32,000 nucleotides of DNA from Nitrososphaera viennensis EN76 (GCF_000698785.1 NZ_CP007536.1:1020001-1052000), one strand, 5' to 3'. Positions 6,900 to 14,042 are shown, counted from the first letter of the stretch. Notes: generated from the letters alone by a model not told the origin. Numbers and translations are program-made.

Positions 6900-7015
6900 C
6901 AGCCGGTAGCTGTAAAGGAGCAGGGCGACGCGCCTCTGCCATTTATAGGCATGGGGCCGCAGCGGTTGTGTAATGATTATGCTTTTCACCCTGAAAAAGC
7001 ATGCAACAAGAATGA
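6900..7015 (+). pseudogene. decayed 3'-terminal fragment of a paralog of the TIMP-like gene (sorting-signal region)
   Basis: The DNA aligns by eye with 4271-4387. QPVAVKEQGDAPLPFIGMG matches QPIVVKEPGDPFLPFIGIG, and after a 1-nt indel a second frame gives IMLFTLKK against IVLFTLRK. Nothing homologous lies upstream. Confidence 0.6.
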
Positions 7016-7111
7016 AGTAATCAGAAATTGTGTGTTTTTGTTCATCGAATGAACTAGTCTTTTCAGTGAATGAACTACTATCAATAAATAAACAATTATC
7101 GGTTTTTCCTT

Positions 7112-7294
7112 GTGGGACGATCTGCCCTCATTTCAATTTCATCTGGGGTGCTAACCGCCGCTGCTGCAGTGGCGCTCCCTGCATTGAGCATCATCATCAG
7201 CAGCATCCTCGCAATTCCCAATTCAGGGTCGGAACAGGAGCGCAGTGGAAACTTGCCATCATCAATATTTTTGGCGATCAGCAAGGCAGGATAA
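7112..7294 (+). CDS. candidate small hydrophobic membrane protein (60 aa)
   Basis: GTG ORF with a TM-like core (VLTAAAAVALPALSIIISSILAI). AATAAATA lies about 25 nt upstream, matching the local promoter spacing. It competes with overlapping ORFs in other frames. Confidence 0.3.
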   Translation: MGRSALISISSGVLTAAAAVALPALSIIISSILAIPNSGSEQERSGNLPSSIFLAISKAG

Positions 7295-7386
7295 TGCTAA
7301 CGATTACAGCGGCAGAAAGTGCAAAAATGAATGCTGCAGGAACAATCAAGCTGCTTGCCCGAATGAAACGCGAGATTGAAAAATAG
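7294..7386 (+). CDS. candidate 30-aa basic peptide coupled to the preceding small ORF
   Basis: ATG overlaps the upstream TAA (TAATG). Sequence MLTITAAESAKMNAAGTIKLLARMKREIEK. No homology recognised. Confidence 0.2.
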   Translation: MLTITAAESAKMNAAGTIKLLARMKREIEK

Positions 7387-7448
7387 AGACATGAGTTGAC
7401 TTGACCTGAGAAACTTGCATCGCACGGTAAATCAAATGTGGAAAAGTA

Positions 7449-7712
7449 CTAGCCATCGTGCAGTTCTATCACCACCATCATTGTCTGCGTCGCCTTGACC
7501 TTTTCCATCCGCCTTATGCGCCGGTTCACGACCTCCTTTAGCCGGTCTTCGGTATCAGCACAGACTTTAACAATTATGTCAAAAGTGGAGCCGTAAATCT
7601 GGCAGGCCTCGACGACCCCCGGCAGCGTCTTGAGCTCGTCAATGAGTGCATTCTCGCATCCAAGTTCGCAGTTTATCAGAATGTATGCTGACGGCATGGA
7701 ACCACGACACAT
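7449..7712 (-). CDS. stand-alone Lrp/AsnC ligand-binding (RAM) domain protein
   Basis: About 80 aa with a RAM-domain pattern (AYILINCELG, LPGVVEACQIYGSTFDIIVKV) and no HTH. The start may be the Met at 7697. Confidence 0.65.
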   Translation of the reverse strand: MCRGSMPSAYILINCELGCENALIDELKTLPGVVEACQIYGSTFDIIVKVCADTEDRLKEVVNRRIRRMEKVKATQTMMVVIELHDG

Positions 7713-7852
7713 GCACTGTGCAGATCTCTGGAAAAGTCAGGCGGGTGACAATAATATTCTGGCTGCTGCCGTACCGGTTCTACGGCGGCAACCTCCTTCT
7801 CCGACAGGGTCATTTTTCTACTTCACCTAAAACCACTCCACCACCACCATCA

Positions 7853-9301
7853 TCATACGTCATAGTACATCCTGAACTGCTGCTCCTTTGAGCCATCTCC
7901 GGCTTCTGCCACCTCTTTTTCCTTGAGGGCAAGGTAAGTTTCCAGCAGTTCGTCGCTAAAGCACGACTTTAGGTAGCCGCTATCGCTCTTTAGCGCGTCC
8001 AGCGAGTCTTTCAGGCTGCCAGGGAGCGGTTTGATCCCAAGGCTGCTCCGCTGGCTGTCAGACATTCTGTAGATATTTTCGTTTATCGGATCTCCGGGGT
8101 CCATCTTTTTCTTGATGCCGTCAAGGCCCGCTGACACAATGGCGGAAAACGCCAGATACGGGTTGGCTGAAGGGTCCGGCGCCCGGAACTCGATGCGCTT
8201 TGATCCAGAGCTTCCCCTCTCGTTTACCGGCACCCGTATGATGGCCGACCTGTTTCCCCGCGACCAGGCGGCGTACACAGGCGCTTCAAAGCCCGGAACC
8301 ATCCTGTAATACGAGTTTACCGTCGGCGCGGCAAGGGCGGCCAGCGAAGCCGAGTGGCTGAGCAGCCCCCCGACAAAGTACCTCCCCGCCTGGCTGAACT
8401 CGGCGTACTCGTCGGCAGAATCATAGAAAATGTTGCGGCTATCCTGTCCTGCTGCCGGCGACTTGGTCCACAGGCTCACGCTGACGTGCATGCCCGAGCC
8501 ATTGTCGCCGGCCCTCCTGTCATTTTCGTCAAAGATCGGTTTTGGCATAAAGTTTGCCACCTTGTCGTGCTTTTTTGCCACGCTTCTGACGACGTCTTTG
8601 TACACCTGGACGTTGTCTGCCGCCTTGGTCAGCGTGTCGTGCATAAAGTTGATCTCTATCTGGCCGCTGCTTGCAACTTCGTGGTTCAGGTTCGTGACCT
8701 TGATCGAGTAATATTTTTCCAGCATCTCTGCGACCTCGAACCTGAATTCCAGCAAGGAGTCCTGGAAGGGAGGCGCGTCGTACCCTCCCTTTCTGCGGAG
8801 CGGGTACTTGCTGTGGCCTTCATCCTCTACGGATACGATTTTGGCCTCCTGGCCGCCTCCAAAAACAATGTCGTCAAAAATAAAGCACTCGACCTCGGGC
8901 CCGACCTGGCATGCGAGCCCGTCGTAGGCGAGGCGCTCCTCCACGCACTGCGACACGTGCCTGGGGTCCCGGGGAAGCCTTCCCTTTCCAAAGCCCCTGT
9001 ACACGTCGGCAATAACCGTCGCCACGTTAAATTCAGGCAGCGGGACTTTTCTCAAAGTCGACCTGTCCGGGACCAGCAGGAGATCCGACTCGTCTATGGT
9101 CGCAAAGCCTCTCACCGACGAGCCGTCCAGGCCGACGCCGCTTTTGAAATACTCCCGAAGGTTCCTGTTCCCGCTGAAAACATATTTTGCCAGAAACCGG
9201 CCGGGAACGTCCGTGTACCTTATCTGGATAAACTCGGCAGCCGTGATGTCATCGGGGCTGCTGTGCCGCCGCAGCTCTAGCGAATTGTCTCTAAGGGACA
9301 T
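7853..9301 (-). CDS. glnA: glutamine synthetase, type I
   Basis: GS signatures include GDNGSGMHVSVSLW and the C-terminal catalytic domain. The start is placed at ATG 9301 because a TATA-like CTTATATT lies about 30 nt upstream. The ORF-track GTG at 9340 would put that TATA box inside the CDS. Confidence 0.9.
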   Translation of the reverse strand: MSLRDNSLELRRHSSPDDITAAEFIQIRYTDVPGRFLAKYVFSGNRNLREYFKSGVGLDGSSVRGFATIDESDLLLVPDRSTLRKVPLPEFNVATVIADVYRGFGKGRLPRDPRHVSQCVEERLAYDGLACQVGPEVECFIFDDIVFGGGQEAKIVSVEDEGHSKYPLRRKGGYDAPPFQDSLLEFRFEVAEMLEKYYSIKVTNLNHEVASSGQIEINFMHDTLTKAADNVQVYKDVVRSVAKKHDKVANFMPKPIFDENDRRAGDNGSGMHVSVSLWTKSPAAGQDSRNIFYDSADEYAEFSQAGRYFVGGLLSHSASLAALAAPTVNSYYRMVPGFEAPVYAAWSRGNRSAIIRVPVNERGSSGSKRIEFRAPDPSANPYLAFSAIVSAGLDGIKKKMDPGDPINENIYRMSDSQRSSLGIKPLPGSLKDSLDALKSDSGYLKSCFSDELLETYLALKEKEVAEAGDGSKEQQFRMYYDV

Positions 9302-9327
9302 ATATACAATAGATATGGCGCTTGTAC

Positions 9328-9335
9328 AATATAAG
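9328..9335 (-). promoter_or_regulatory. TATA-like box (minus strand CTTATATT) for glnA
   Basis: Lies in the divergent glnA/lrp intergenic region, about 30 nt from ATG 9301. Confidence 0.4.
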
Positions 9336-9383
9336 GCCACTCACGATTATTGTTAAAATATGCAATCCTAAATCAGAAAATAC

Positions 9384-9391
9384 TTTATATT
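9384..9391 (+). promoter_or_regulatory. TATA-like box (TTTATATT) for the Lrp/AsnC gene
   Basis: About 30 nt upstream of ATG 9420. Confidence 0.4.
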
Positions 9392-9419
9392 TGTAAATCA
9401 ATGCATGCATGACGGCCAT

Positions 9420-9863
9420 ATGGACAAAACGGATGTAAAGATACTCGAAAAGCTGCTGGCTGACGCCAGGATGTCCTACCGCAGGATAGCAGAGGAGATT
9501 GGCGTCTCGCCTCCGACGGTGCTGGCAAGGGTGGAAAAGCTGCAAAAGGAAGGCGTGGTCAAGTCCTACTCTGCCATGCTCGACCACGAAAAGCTGGGCT
9601 ACGACCTAACTGCCATAATCGACATAACTGCGGCCAAGGGCAAGATAATCGAGATCGAGAAACAGATAGCCCGGTTCCCAAACGTCTGCGCGGTCTATGA
9701 CATAACGGGCCTGACTGACATGACAGTCATTGCCAAGTTCAAGAACAGAAAGGAGCTCAGCAACTTTGTGAAAAAGGATCTTTCCCTGCCATACGTCGAA
9801 AGGACAAACACCCACGTGGTGCTGATAACGGTAAAAGAGGATTTCAGGTTTGTCGAAAGCTAG
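9420..9863 (+). CDS. Lrp/AsnC family transcriptional regulator (HTH + RAM domain)
   Basis: MDKTDVKILEKLLADARMSYRRIAEEIGVSPPTVLARVEKLQKEGVV is an AsnC-type HTH, followed by a RAM domain. ATG 9420 is preferred over 9405 on TATA spacing. Confidence 0.85.
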   Translation: MDKTDVKILEKLLADARMSYRRIAEEIGVSPPTVLARVEKLQKEGVVKSYSAMLDHEKLGYDLTAIIDITAAKGKIIEIEKQIARFPNVCAVYDITGLTDMTVIAKFKNRKELSNFVKKDLSLPYVERTNTHVVLITVKEDFRFVES

Positions 9864-10022
9864 TTAGCGCATTATGTGTGTGTGAATATATGCAAAGCCG
9901 GATTTCTCGGCTTTCTGCAGTGCACTTGAGATCACAGAGTGAAATTGCATTTTCTGGACAACATTTTGAAATAATTCTTCCCTGTTAACTACCGTGTATG
10001 GCTTTAGTTTGGTGAAGCAGCC

Positions 10023-10334
10023 ATGAAAGTGAAAATGTGGAGGCTCGTGATAAGGATAAAGAAACATGACACATTGCACGGAAAGCCGCTGCACAACGCG
10101 CTCATAGATTTTCTGATCAAAGCTGGAATCAGCGGGGCCACAGTCTGGGCGGGAGCTGACGGCTTTGGCAAGCATGGCAGGTCGAGAATCCACCTGGAAG
10201 GAATCAGGATTGACTATCCACTTTTGATCGAGGTTGTAGAAGAGCGGCCAAAGCTGGAGCCCTTGCTCCCGCAAATCGGGCGAATGGTAGGAGACCACGG
10301 CCTAGTTACGCTTGAAGAAGTACTGGTTTTTTAG
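10023..10334 (+). CDS. DUF190/UPF0166 PII-like small protein, paralog 1
   Basis: 103 aa with the GATVWAGADGFGK motif typical of DUF190. Identical to the ORF at 13731-14042 at 52 of 103 residues by hand count. Confidence 0.7.
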   Translation: MKVKMWRLVIRIKKHDTLHGKPLHNALIDFLIKAGISGATVWAGADGFGKHGRSRIHLEGIRIDYPLLIEVVEERPKLEPLLPQIGRMVGDHGLVTLEEVLVF

Positions 10335-10397
10335 AAGAAAAAAGTATTTGCGCAATATTTTTTCAGGCCGGGATGAGCCGACAAGCTAGCGCTGCCC

Positions 10398-10403
10398 GAA
10401 ACC
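10398..10403. repeat. GAAACC, left copy of a putative target-site duplication
   Basis: Lies immediately outside the left inverted repeat. The same hexamer in the same orientation lies immediately outside the right repeat. Confidence 0.5.
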
Positions 10404-10485
10404 ATACACTGGTAATTCTTAGGCGGATTTGCTAGGCTTTCCTTCGTAATATCACTGGCGACCCGCGGAAGAGCTACCAGTGTAG
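10404..10485. repeat. 82-bp left terminal inverted repeat
   Basis: ATACACTGGTAATTCTTAGGCGGATTTGCTAGGCTTTCCTTCGTAATATCACTGGCGACCCGCGGAAGAGCTACCAGTGTAG is the reverse complement of 13488-13569 with 3 mismatches. Confidence 0.85.
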
Positions 10486-10596
10486 GAAATCAGTCGCATG
10501 TCAACAAGCACTGAAAAAGTGATCTATCCTGATGCTGTATAAACAGGAGATAGGTTTGCCAAAATGGGTAAATAAAAGTTATATTTCTATATATCT

Positions 10597-10860
10597 GTGA
10601 AAAGAGATAGAAGAAACTTCTATCCGAGTTTAAGAGTAATATCAAAGATCTTGAGAATTCTCTTGGAGAACCCTACAATCACAAGGACCGACTTGTGCCA
10701 GAAGGCGGGGCTAAATTATAGCAGGTTTTTGAATCATCTTGATTGGCTAGGACAAAAAGGCATCATTGAGCTCAAGCTTGATTCTTGTAGAGTGGTTGTA
10801 ACGCTGACTAAAAATGGCCGAGAATTTACCATGATGCTCAATCAAAACAACATAAGATAG
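10597..10860 (+). CDS. small winged-helix DNA-binding protein
   Basis: ILRILLENPTITRTDLCQKAGLNYSRFLNHLDWLGQKGIIEL is a wHTH pattern common in small archaeal, plasmid and viral regulators. The start is ambiguous: GTG 10597 lies too close to a TATA-like run at about 10582-10595, and TTG 10651 is an alternative. Confidence 0.6.
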   Translation: MKRDRRNFYPSLRVISKILRILLENPTITRTDLCQKAGLNYSRFLNHLDWLGQKGIIELKLDSCRVVVTLTKNGREFTMMLNQNNIR

Positions 10861-10937
10861 ACGTTTGCGTCTATCTAGAGTACAATCCTGTACAATTATT
10901 ATACAAAAATGTTAGCGAAGCTTATTAGTTCATATCT

Positions 10938-12128
10938 ATGGCATGTCGTACCATGGCAAATCGTGTACCGAATGCCATAAACGGGGTAATGATGTCACTG
11001 CTTCTTTTGCTGGCGGCATACTCGCTGCCTGCGGTGATATCTCTGACCACAAAAGTAAACGATTCAGGTAATCAAGCACTTGCAACCAGCAATACAATCC
11101 CTGATGACAAGATACTAAAAAGAAATTGGAGTGATTGGAAAGATCAATACACGGAGGATGAATTTTATACATTAGAGAATAACACGCAGTGGTATACGGA
11201 TACTCTCAAAAATAACCCATCTCTGAACAACGTTATGAATGATGCCATAGCAAAAGACCTCACAGTGATACATAACTTCCACACCATGATTCACAAAAAG
11301 GATTATGGTCAAGAAGTTTTAGCATTGATTGTGTCAAAGCAGAGAATAACTCATACATACTCTGCAGATGAACCAGTTAAGCGATTACATGATTGGCTAA
11401 TATCTAAATACGCAGTGCCATCTACTGTATCAGAAATAGACAAAAGACTACAGGATATGGAATATGACAAATATGCTCCACTTGTAAGTCAAGTCATAGG
11501 TGCATATGATGACGCCGCTAAAAATGGCGTTGTACCATATGAACTCTATGCTCAAGACAAGGATTATTGGGGAAATGTGTCATTTCTATCATTTTGCCAG
11601 TTAGATGTGAATTGTTCATTCGGTGAAACAGATAACAATGCCAATACTGCAAATACAAACTTTAGTGGCAACATACTAGATTATGTATACATTCTAGTTT
11701 CCTATCTGGACAAAATGTATGAATCACACAATGCTTATGCATTGACTACGCACTACACTACATACTTCTTCTACCAGTTTACACCATCAAATGGTTGCCT
11801 AGACGGTATGTCTTGTCCTATTGTTCAATATACTAGCGGAACAACTGGACCTGTCAGTCTTCACTTTGACAGCAATGGAAAACACGCTCAAGGATCAAGC
11901 ATGTCAGTATACGCTGTCGCATATGACCAAAACAACTATCAGAGTTCACATAATGTAACGTTTACCGTCACAGTCCAGGGGTATAGTGTAAATAATTACC
12001 AATGTGTAGATTCATTAACTGGCACCGGTTATATTCAGAAAACCCAGAATTGTTCTATACCAGGCTATAGCCAAACCACACCTTGGACATTTTTCATAGA
12101 CGGAACTGCTGATGTTTGGTCTAATTAG
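10938..12128 (+). CDS. secreted orphan protein, Asn-rich with many N-x-S/T sequons
   Basis: 396 aa. Hydrophobic N-terminal signal or anchor (MMSLLLLLAAYSLPAVISL). No recognisable domain and no C-terminal anchor. AT-rich codon usage. Confidence 0.6.
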   Translation: MACRTMANRVPNAINGVMMSLLLLLAAYSLPAVISLTTKVNDSGNQALATSNTIPDDKILKRNWSDWKDQYTEDEFYTLENNTQWYTDTLKNNPSLNNVMNDAIAKDLTVIHNFHTMIHKKDYGQEVLALIVSKQRITHTYSADEPVKRLHDWLISKYAVPSTVSEIDKRLQDMEYDKYAPLVSQVIGAYDDAAKNGVVPYELYAQDKDYWGNVSFLSFCQLDVNCSFGETDNNANTANTNFSGNILDYVYILVSYLDKMYESHNAYALTTHYTTYFFYQFTPSNGCLDGMSCPIVQYTSGTTGPVSLHFDSNGKHAQGSSMSVYAVAYDQNNYQSSHNVTFTVTVQGYSVNNYQCVDSLTGTGYIQKTQNCSIPGYSQTTPWTFFIDGTADVWSN

Positions 12129-12160
12129 ATATATTGATATATCTAATACCCCCTTTTTTT
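12125..12160 (+). terminator. perfect 10-bp-stem hairpin followed by a T7 run between the two cargo genes
   Basis: TTAGATATAT-TG-ATATATCTAA (12125-12146) overlaps the TAG stop. TACCCCC and TTTTTTT (12154-12160) follow. Confidence 0.5.
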
Positions 12161-12173
12161 ACTTGTGATTGTT

Positions 12174-13295
12174 ATGAAACAATTACACCTTTTAATAATC
12201 TTGGCAGTGGCAGCATCTTTCATCAGCGGTATCGGCCTTACCATGTTTATGTCATCATCTTACACATCAAATGACCCAAACCATGTTGTTGTGGCTAATC
12301 AGATTGATAATAATACATTCATCTCTCAAGATAACGGTACTGTTTTTGCAGCCGTCAATCCGAATACAAACCGGATTTATCTAGCAAATGAAGTCAGCAA
12401 TACTGTATCTGTAGTAGACGGAAACGACAATGCAAAGATTGCAAGCATACAGGCTAGTGGTTTGCCTTTAAAGTTAGCTGTCAACCCAGATACAAACAGA
12501 ATCTATGTTACAGAACATCACATTGTTAACAACATAGAACAAAACGGTACGGTAACTGTCATAGATGGAAGCAACAATGCAAAGATTGCAAGCATACAGG
12601 TTGGCGCATATTCACAAATATCTGTCAACCCAGATACAAACAGAATCTATGTTACAGAACATCACATTGTTAACAACATAGAACAAAACGGTACGGTAAC
12701 TGTCATAGATGGAAGCAACAATGCAAAGATTGCAAGCATACAGGTTGGGGTGAATCCTTCTGGAATAGCTGTCAACCCAGATACAAACAGAATCTATGTG
12801 ATACACCACTATAATAAAATAAATGACAAATGGCAAAACGGTACGGTAACTGTCATAGATGGAAGCAACAATGCAAAGATTGCAAGCATACAGGTTGGGG
12901 TGAATCCTTCTGGAATAGCTGTCAACCCAGATACAAACAGAATCTATGTTACTAACTATATAGATGGCACCGTCTCTGTGATTGATGGTAATAGTAACAC
13001 AGTCATAGGCAAGCCAATCAAATTAGATTTTGGTGTTGAAGGAATAGCAGTTAATCCTCTTGCAAATAAGATCTATGTCGCTAATGGAATAACTGCCACC
13101 GTATATGTCATAGATGGTGGCGATACTGGAAGCAAAGTGGATGAGATTCGGAAACTATTTGCCTGGAACGTAGCTGTCAATCCAGTCACAAACAAGATCT
13201 ATGTGCCAAGCTATTTCTTTAACAATCTTTCAGTAGTAGACGGCAAGCATGATAACATAATGACAGTCATTCCAATAGGAATGTATCCTGACTAA
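12174..13295 (+). CDS. YVTN-family beta-propeller repeat surface protein
   Basis: N-terminal signal or anchor (MKQLHLLIILAVAASFISGIGL), then about 8 repeats of the VNPDTNRIYV...G.V.VIDG..N type (40-residue YVTN repeat). ATG 12174 is preferred over GTG 12165. Confidence 0.8.
   Translation: MKQLHLLIILAVAASFISGIGLTMFMSSSYTSNDPNHVVVANQIDNNTFISQDNGTVFAAVNPNTNRIYLANEVSNTVSVVDGNDNAKIASIQASGLPLKLAVNPDTNRIYVTEHHIVNNIEQNGTVTVIDGSNNAKIASIQVGAYSQISVNPDTNRIYVTEHHIVNNIEQNGTVTVIDGSNNAKIASIQVGVNPSGIAVNPDTNRIYVIHHYNKINDKWQNGTVTVIDGSNNAKIASIQVGVNPSGIAVNPDTNRIYVTNYIDGTVSVIDGNSNTVIGKPIKLDFGVEGIAVNPLANKIYVANGITATVYVIDGGDTGSKVDEIRKLFAWNVAVNPVTNKIYVPSYFFNNLSVVDGKHDNIMTVIPIGMYPD
12478..12949 (+). repeat. intragenic near-perfect tandem DNA repeats (period 144-150 bp)
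   Basis: 12478-12604 is identical to 12622-12748 (127 bp). 12684-12799 is identical to 12834-12949 (116 bp). All units are in frame within the YVTN gene. Confidence 0.85.
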
Positions 13296-13487
13296 GAGAT
13301 AATCGAAGAACACATGCGCGTGTGTCCGAACCTACTATAATGTCGATATCTTGGTAGAACGCGATTGGGCTAACCACCAATTCAATAATTACAAATTTAC
13401 CAAGATGTACTGCTGATCAACTTGTCGTTTGCTCAATGGATGAGATGCTCAAGTCCAGCCGACGCCAAGTTACCAAAAACTGTAACT

Positions 13488-13569
13488 CTACACTGGAAAC
13501 TCTTCGGCGGGTCGCCAGTGATATTACGAAGGAAAGCCTAGCAAATCCGCCTAAGAATTACCAGTGTAT
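13488..13569. repeat. 82-bp right terminal inverted repeat
   Basis: Reverse complement of 10404-10485, identical at 79 of 82 positions by hand alignment. Confidence 0.85.
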
Positions 13570-13575
13570 GAAACC
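13570..13575. repeat. GAAACC, right copy of a putative target-site duplication
   Basis: Lies immediately outside the right inverted repeat, in direct orientation relative to 10398-10403. Confidence 0.5.
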
Positions 13576-13730
13576 AATAAAGCTTTATAGCCGCGGATAC
13601 TGCTACAACAAATAATACAGGCTATGGCATTAGCCCTGGCGCAGGCCAAAACTGCCCTTTTGAAGAGAGGCGCGGATAATGCCTACTACTACCAGTAGAA
13701 AAAAGAAGGATTGGTGAGCACACACATACA

Positions 13731-14042
13731 TTGGAACTAAGGGCATGGCGCCTGATAATAAGAATAAAGAAGAGCGACCAGCTGCGCGGAAATAGTATTG
13801 AAGAGATTCTGCTCGATTTTCTCAGGGCCAACAGGGTTTGGGGCGCCACAGTCTGGGTAGGAGTCGACGGTTTTGGCAAGCGAAGAAAAGCGGTGAGAAA
13901 AGTTGAAGGGATAACGTTTGACTGCCCCCTTGTCATAGAAGCGATAGATGAAAAGGAAAGACTAGAGCCCTTGCTGATCGAGATAAGGCAGATAGTTGGC
14001 GACAATGGTCTGGTCACTTTGCAGGAGGTTGGCATCATATAA
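13731..14042 (+). CDS. DUF190/UPF0166 PII-like small protein, paralog 2
   Basis: 103 aa with a TTG start and the GATVWVGVDGFGK motif. Collinear with paralog 1. The stop overlaps the next ATG (TAATG). Confidence 0.65.
   Translation: MELRAWRLIIRIKKSDQLRGNSIEEILLDFLRANRVWGATVWVGVDGFGKRRKAVRKVEGITFDCPLVIEAIDEKERLEPLLIEIRQIVGDNGLVTLQEVGII

Larger units (their letters stand above)
10404..13569. mobile_element. non-autonomous transposon-like cassette (TIR-cargo-TIR) lacking a transposase
   Basis: 82-bp inverted termini, a flanking 6-bp direct repeat, a visibly AT-rich interior against GC-rich flanks, and interruption of a tandem DUF190 gene pair. Confidence 0.55.

Noticed and set aside
7096-7284. 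62-aa minus-strand ORF competing with the 60-aa plus-strand small ORF
   Set aside because: It has a TTG start, opens directly after an in-frame TAG, and has no TATA-like box at the usual distance. I kept the plus-strand candidate at low confidence instead, though the choice is not secure.
8354-9280. 308-aa plus-strand ORF antisense to glnA
   Set aside because: It is a shadow ORF. The protein is rich in Arg, Val and Leu with no domain signature, and the opposite strand encodes an unmistakable glutamine synthetase.
9864-10298. 144-aa minus-strand ORF overlapping DUF190 paralog 1
   Set aside because: The plus-strand product has the conserved DUF190 motif and a collinear paralog at 13731. The minus-strand frame has no support.
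12478-12949. Regular ~145-bp repeats considered as a CRISPR-like array
   Set aside because: The repeats are far too long, contiguous without unique spacers of CRISPR size, and in frame within a YVTN propeller CDS. There are no cas genes in the window.
13436-13615. 59-codon ATG ORF reading through the right 82-bp inverted repeat
   Set aside because: It is just under the ORF-track cutoff and tempting as a repeat-encoded peptide. However, the equivalent frame through the left copy opens right after a TGA with no ATG, GTG or TTG start in the repeat portion, so coding potential is probably coincidental.
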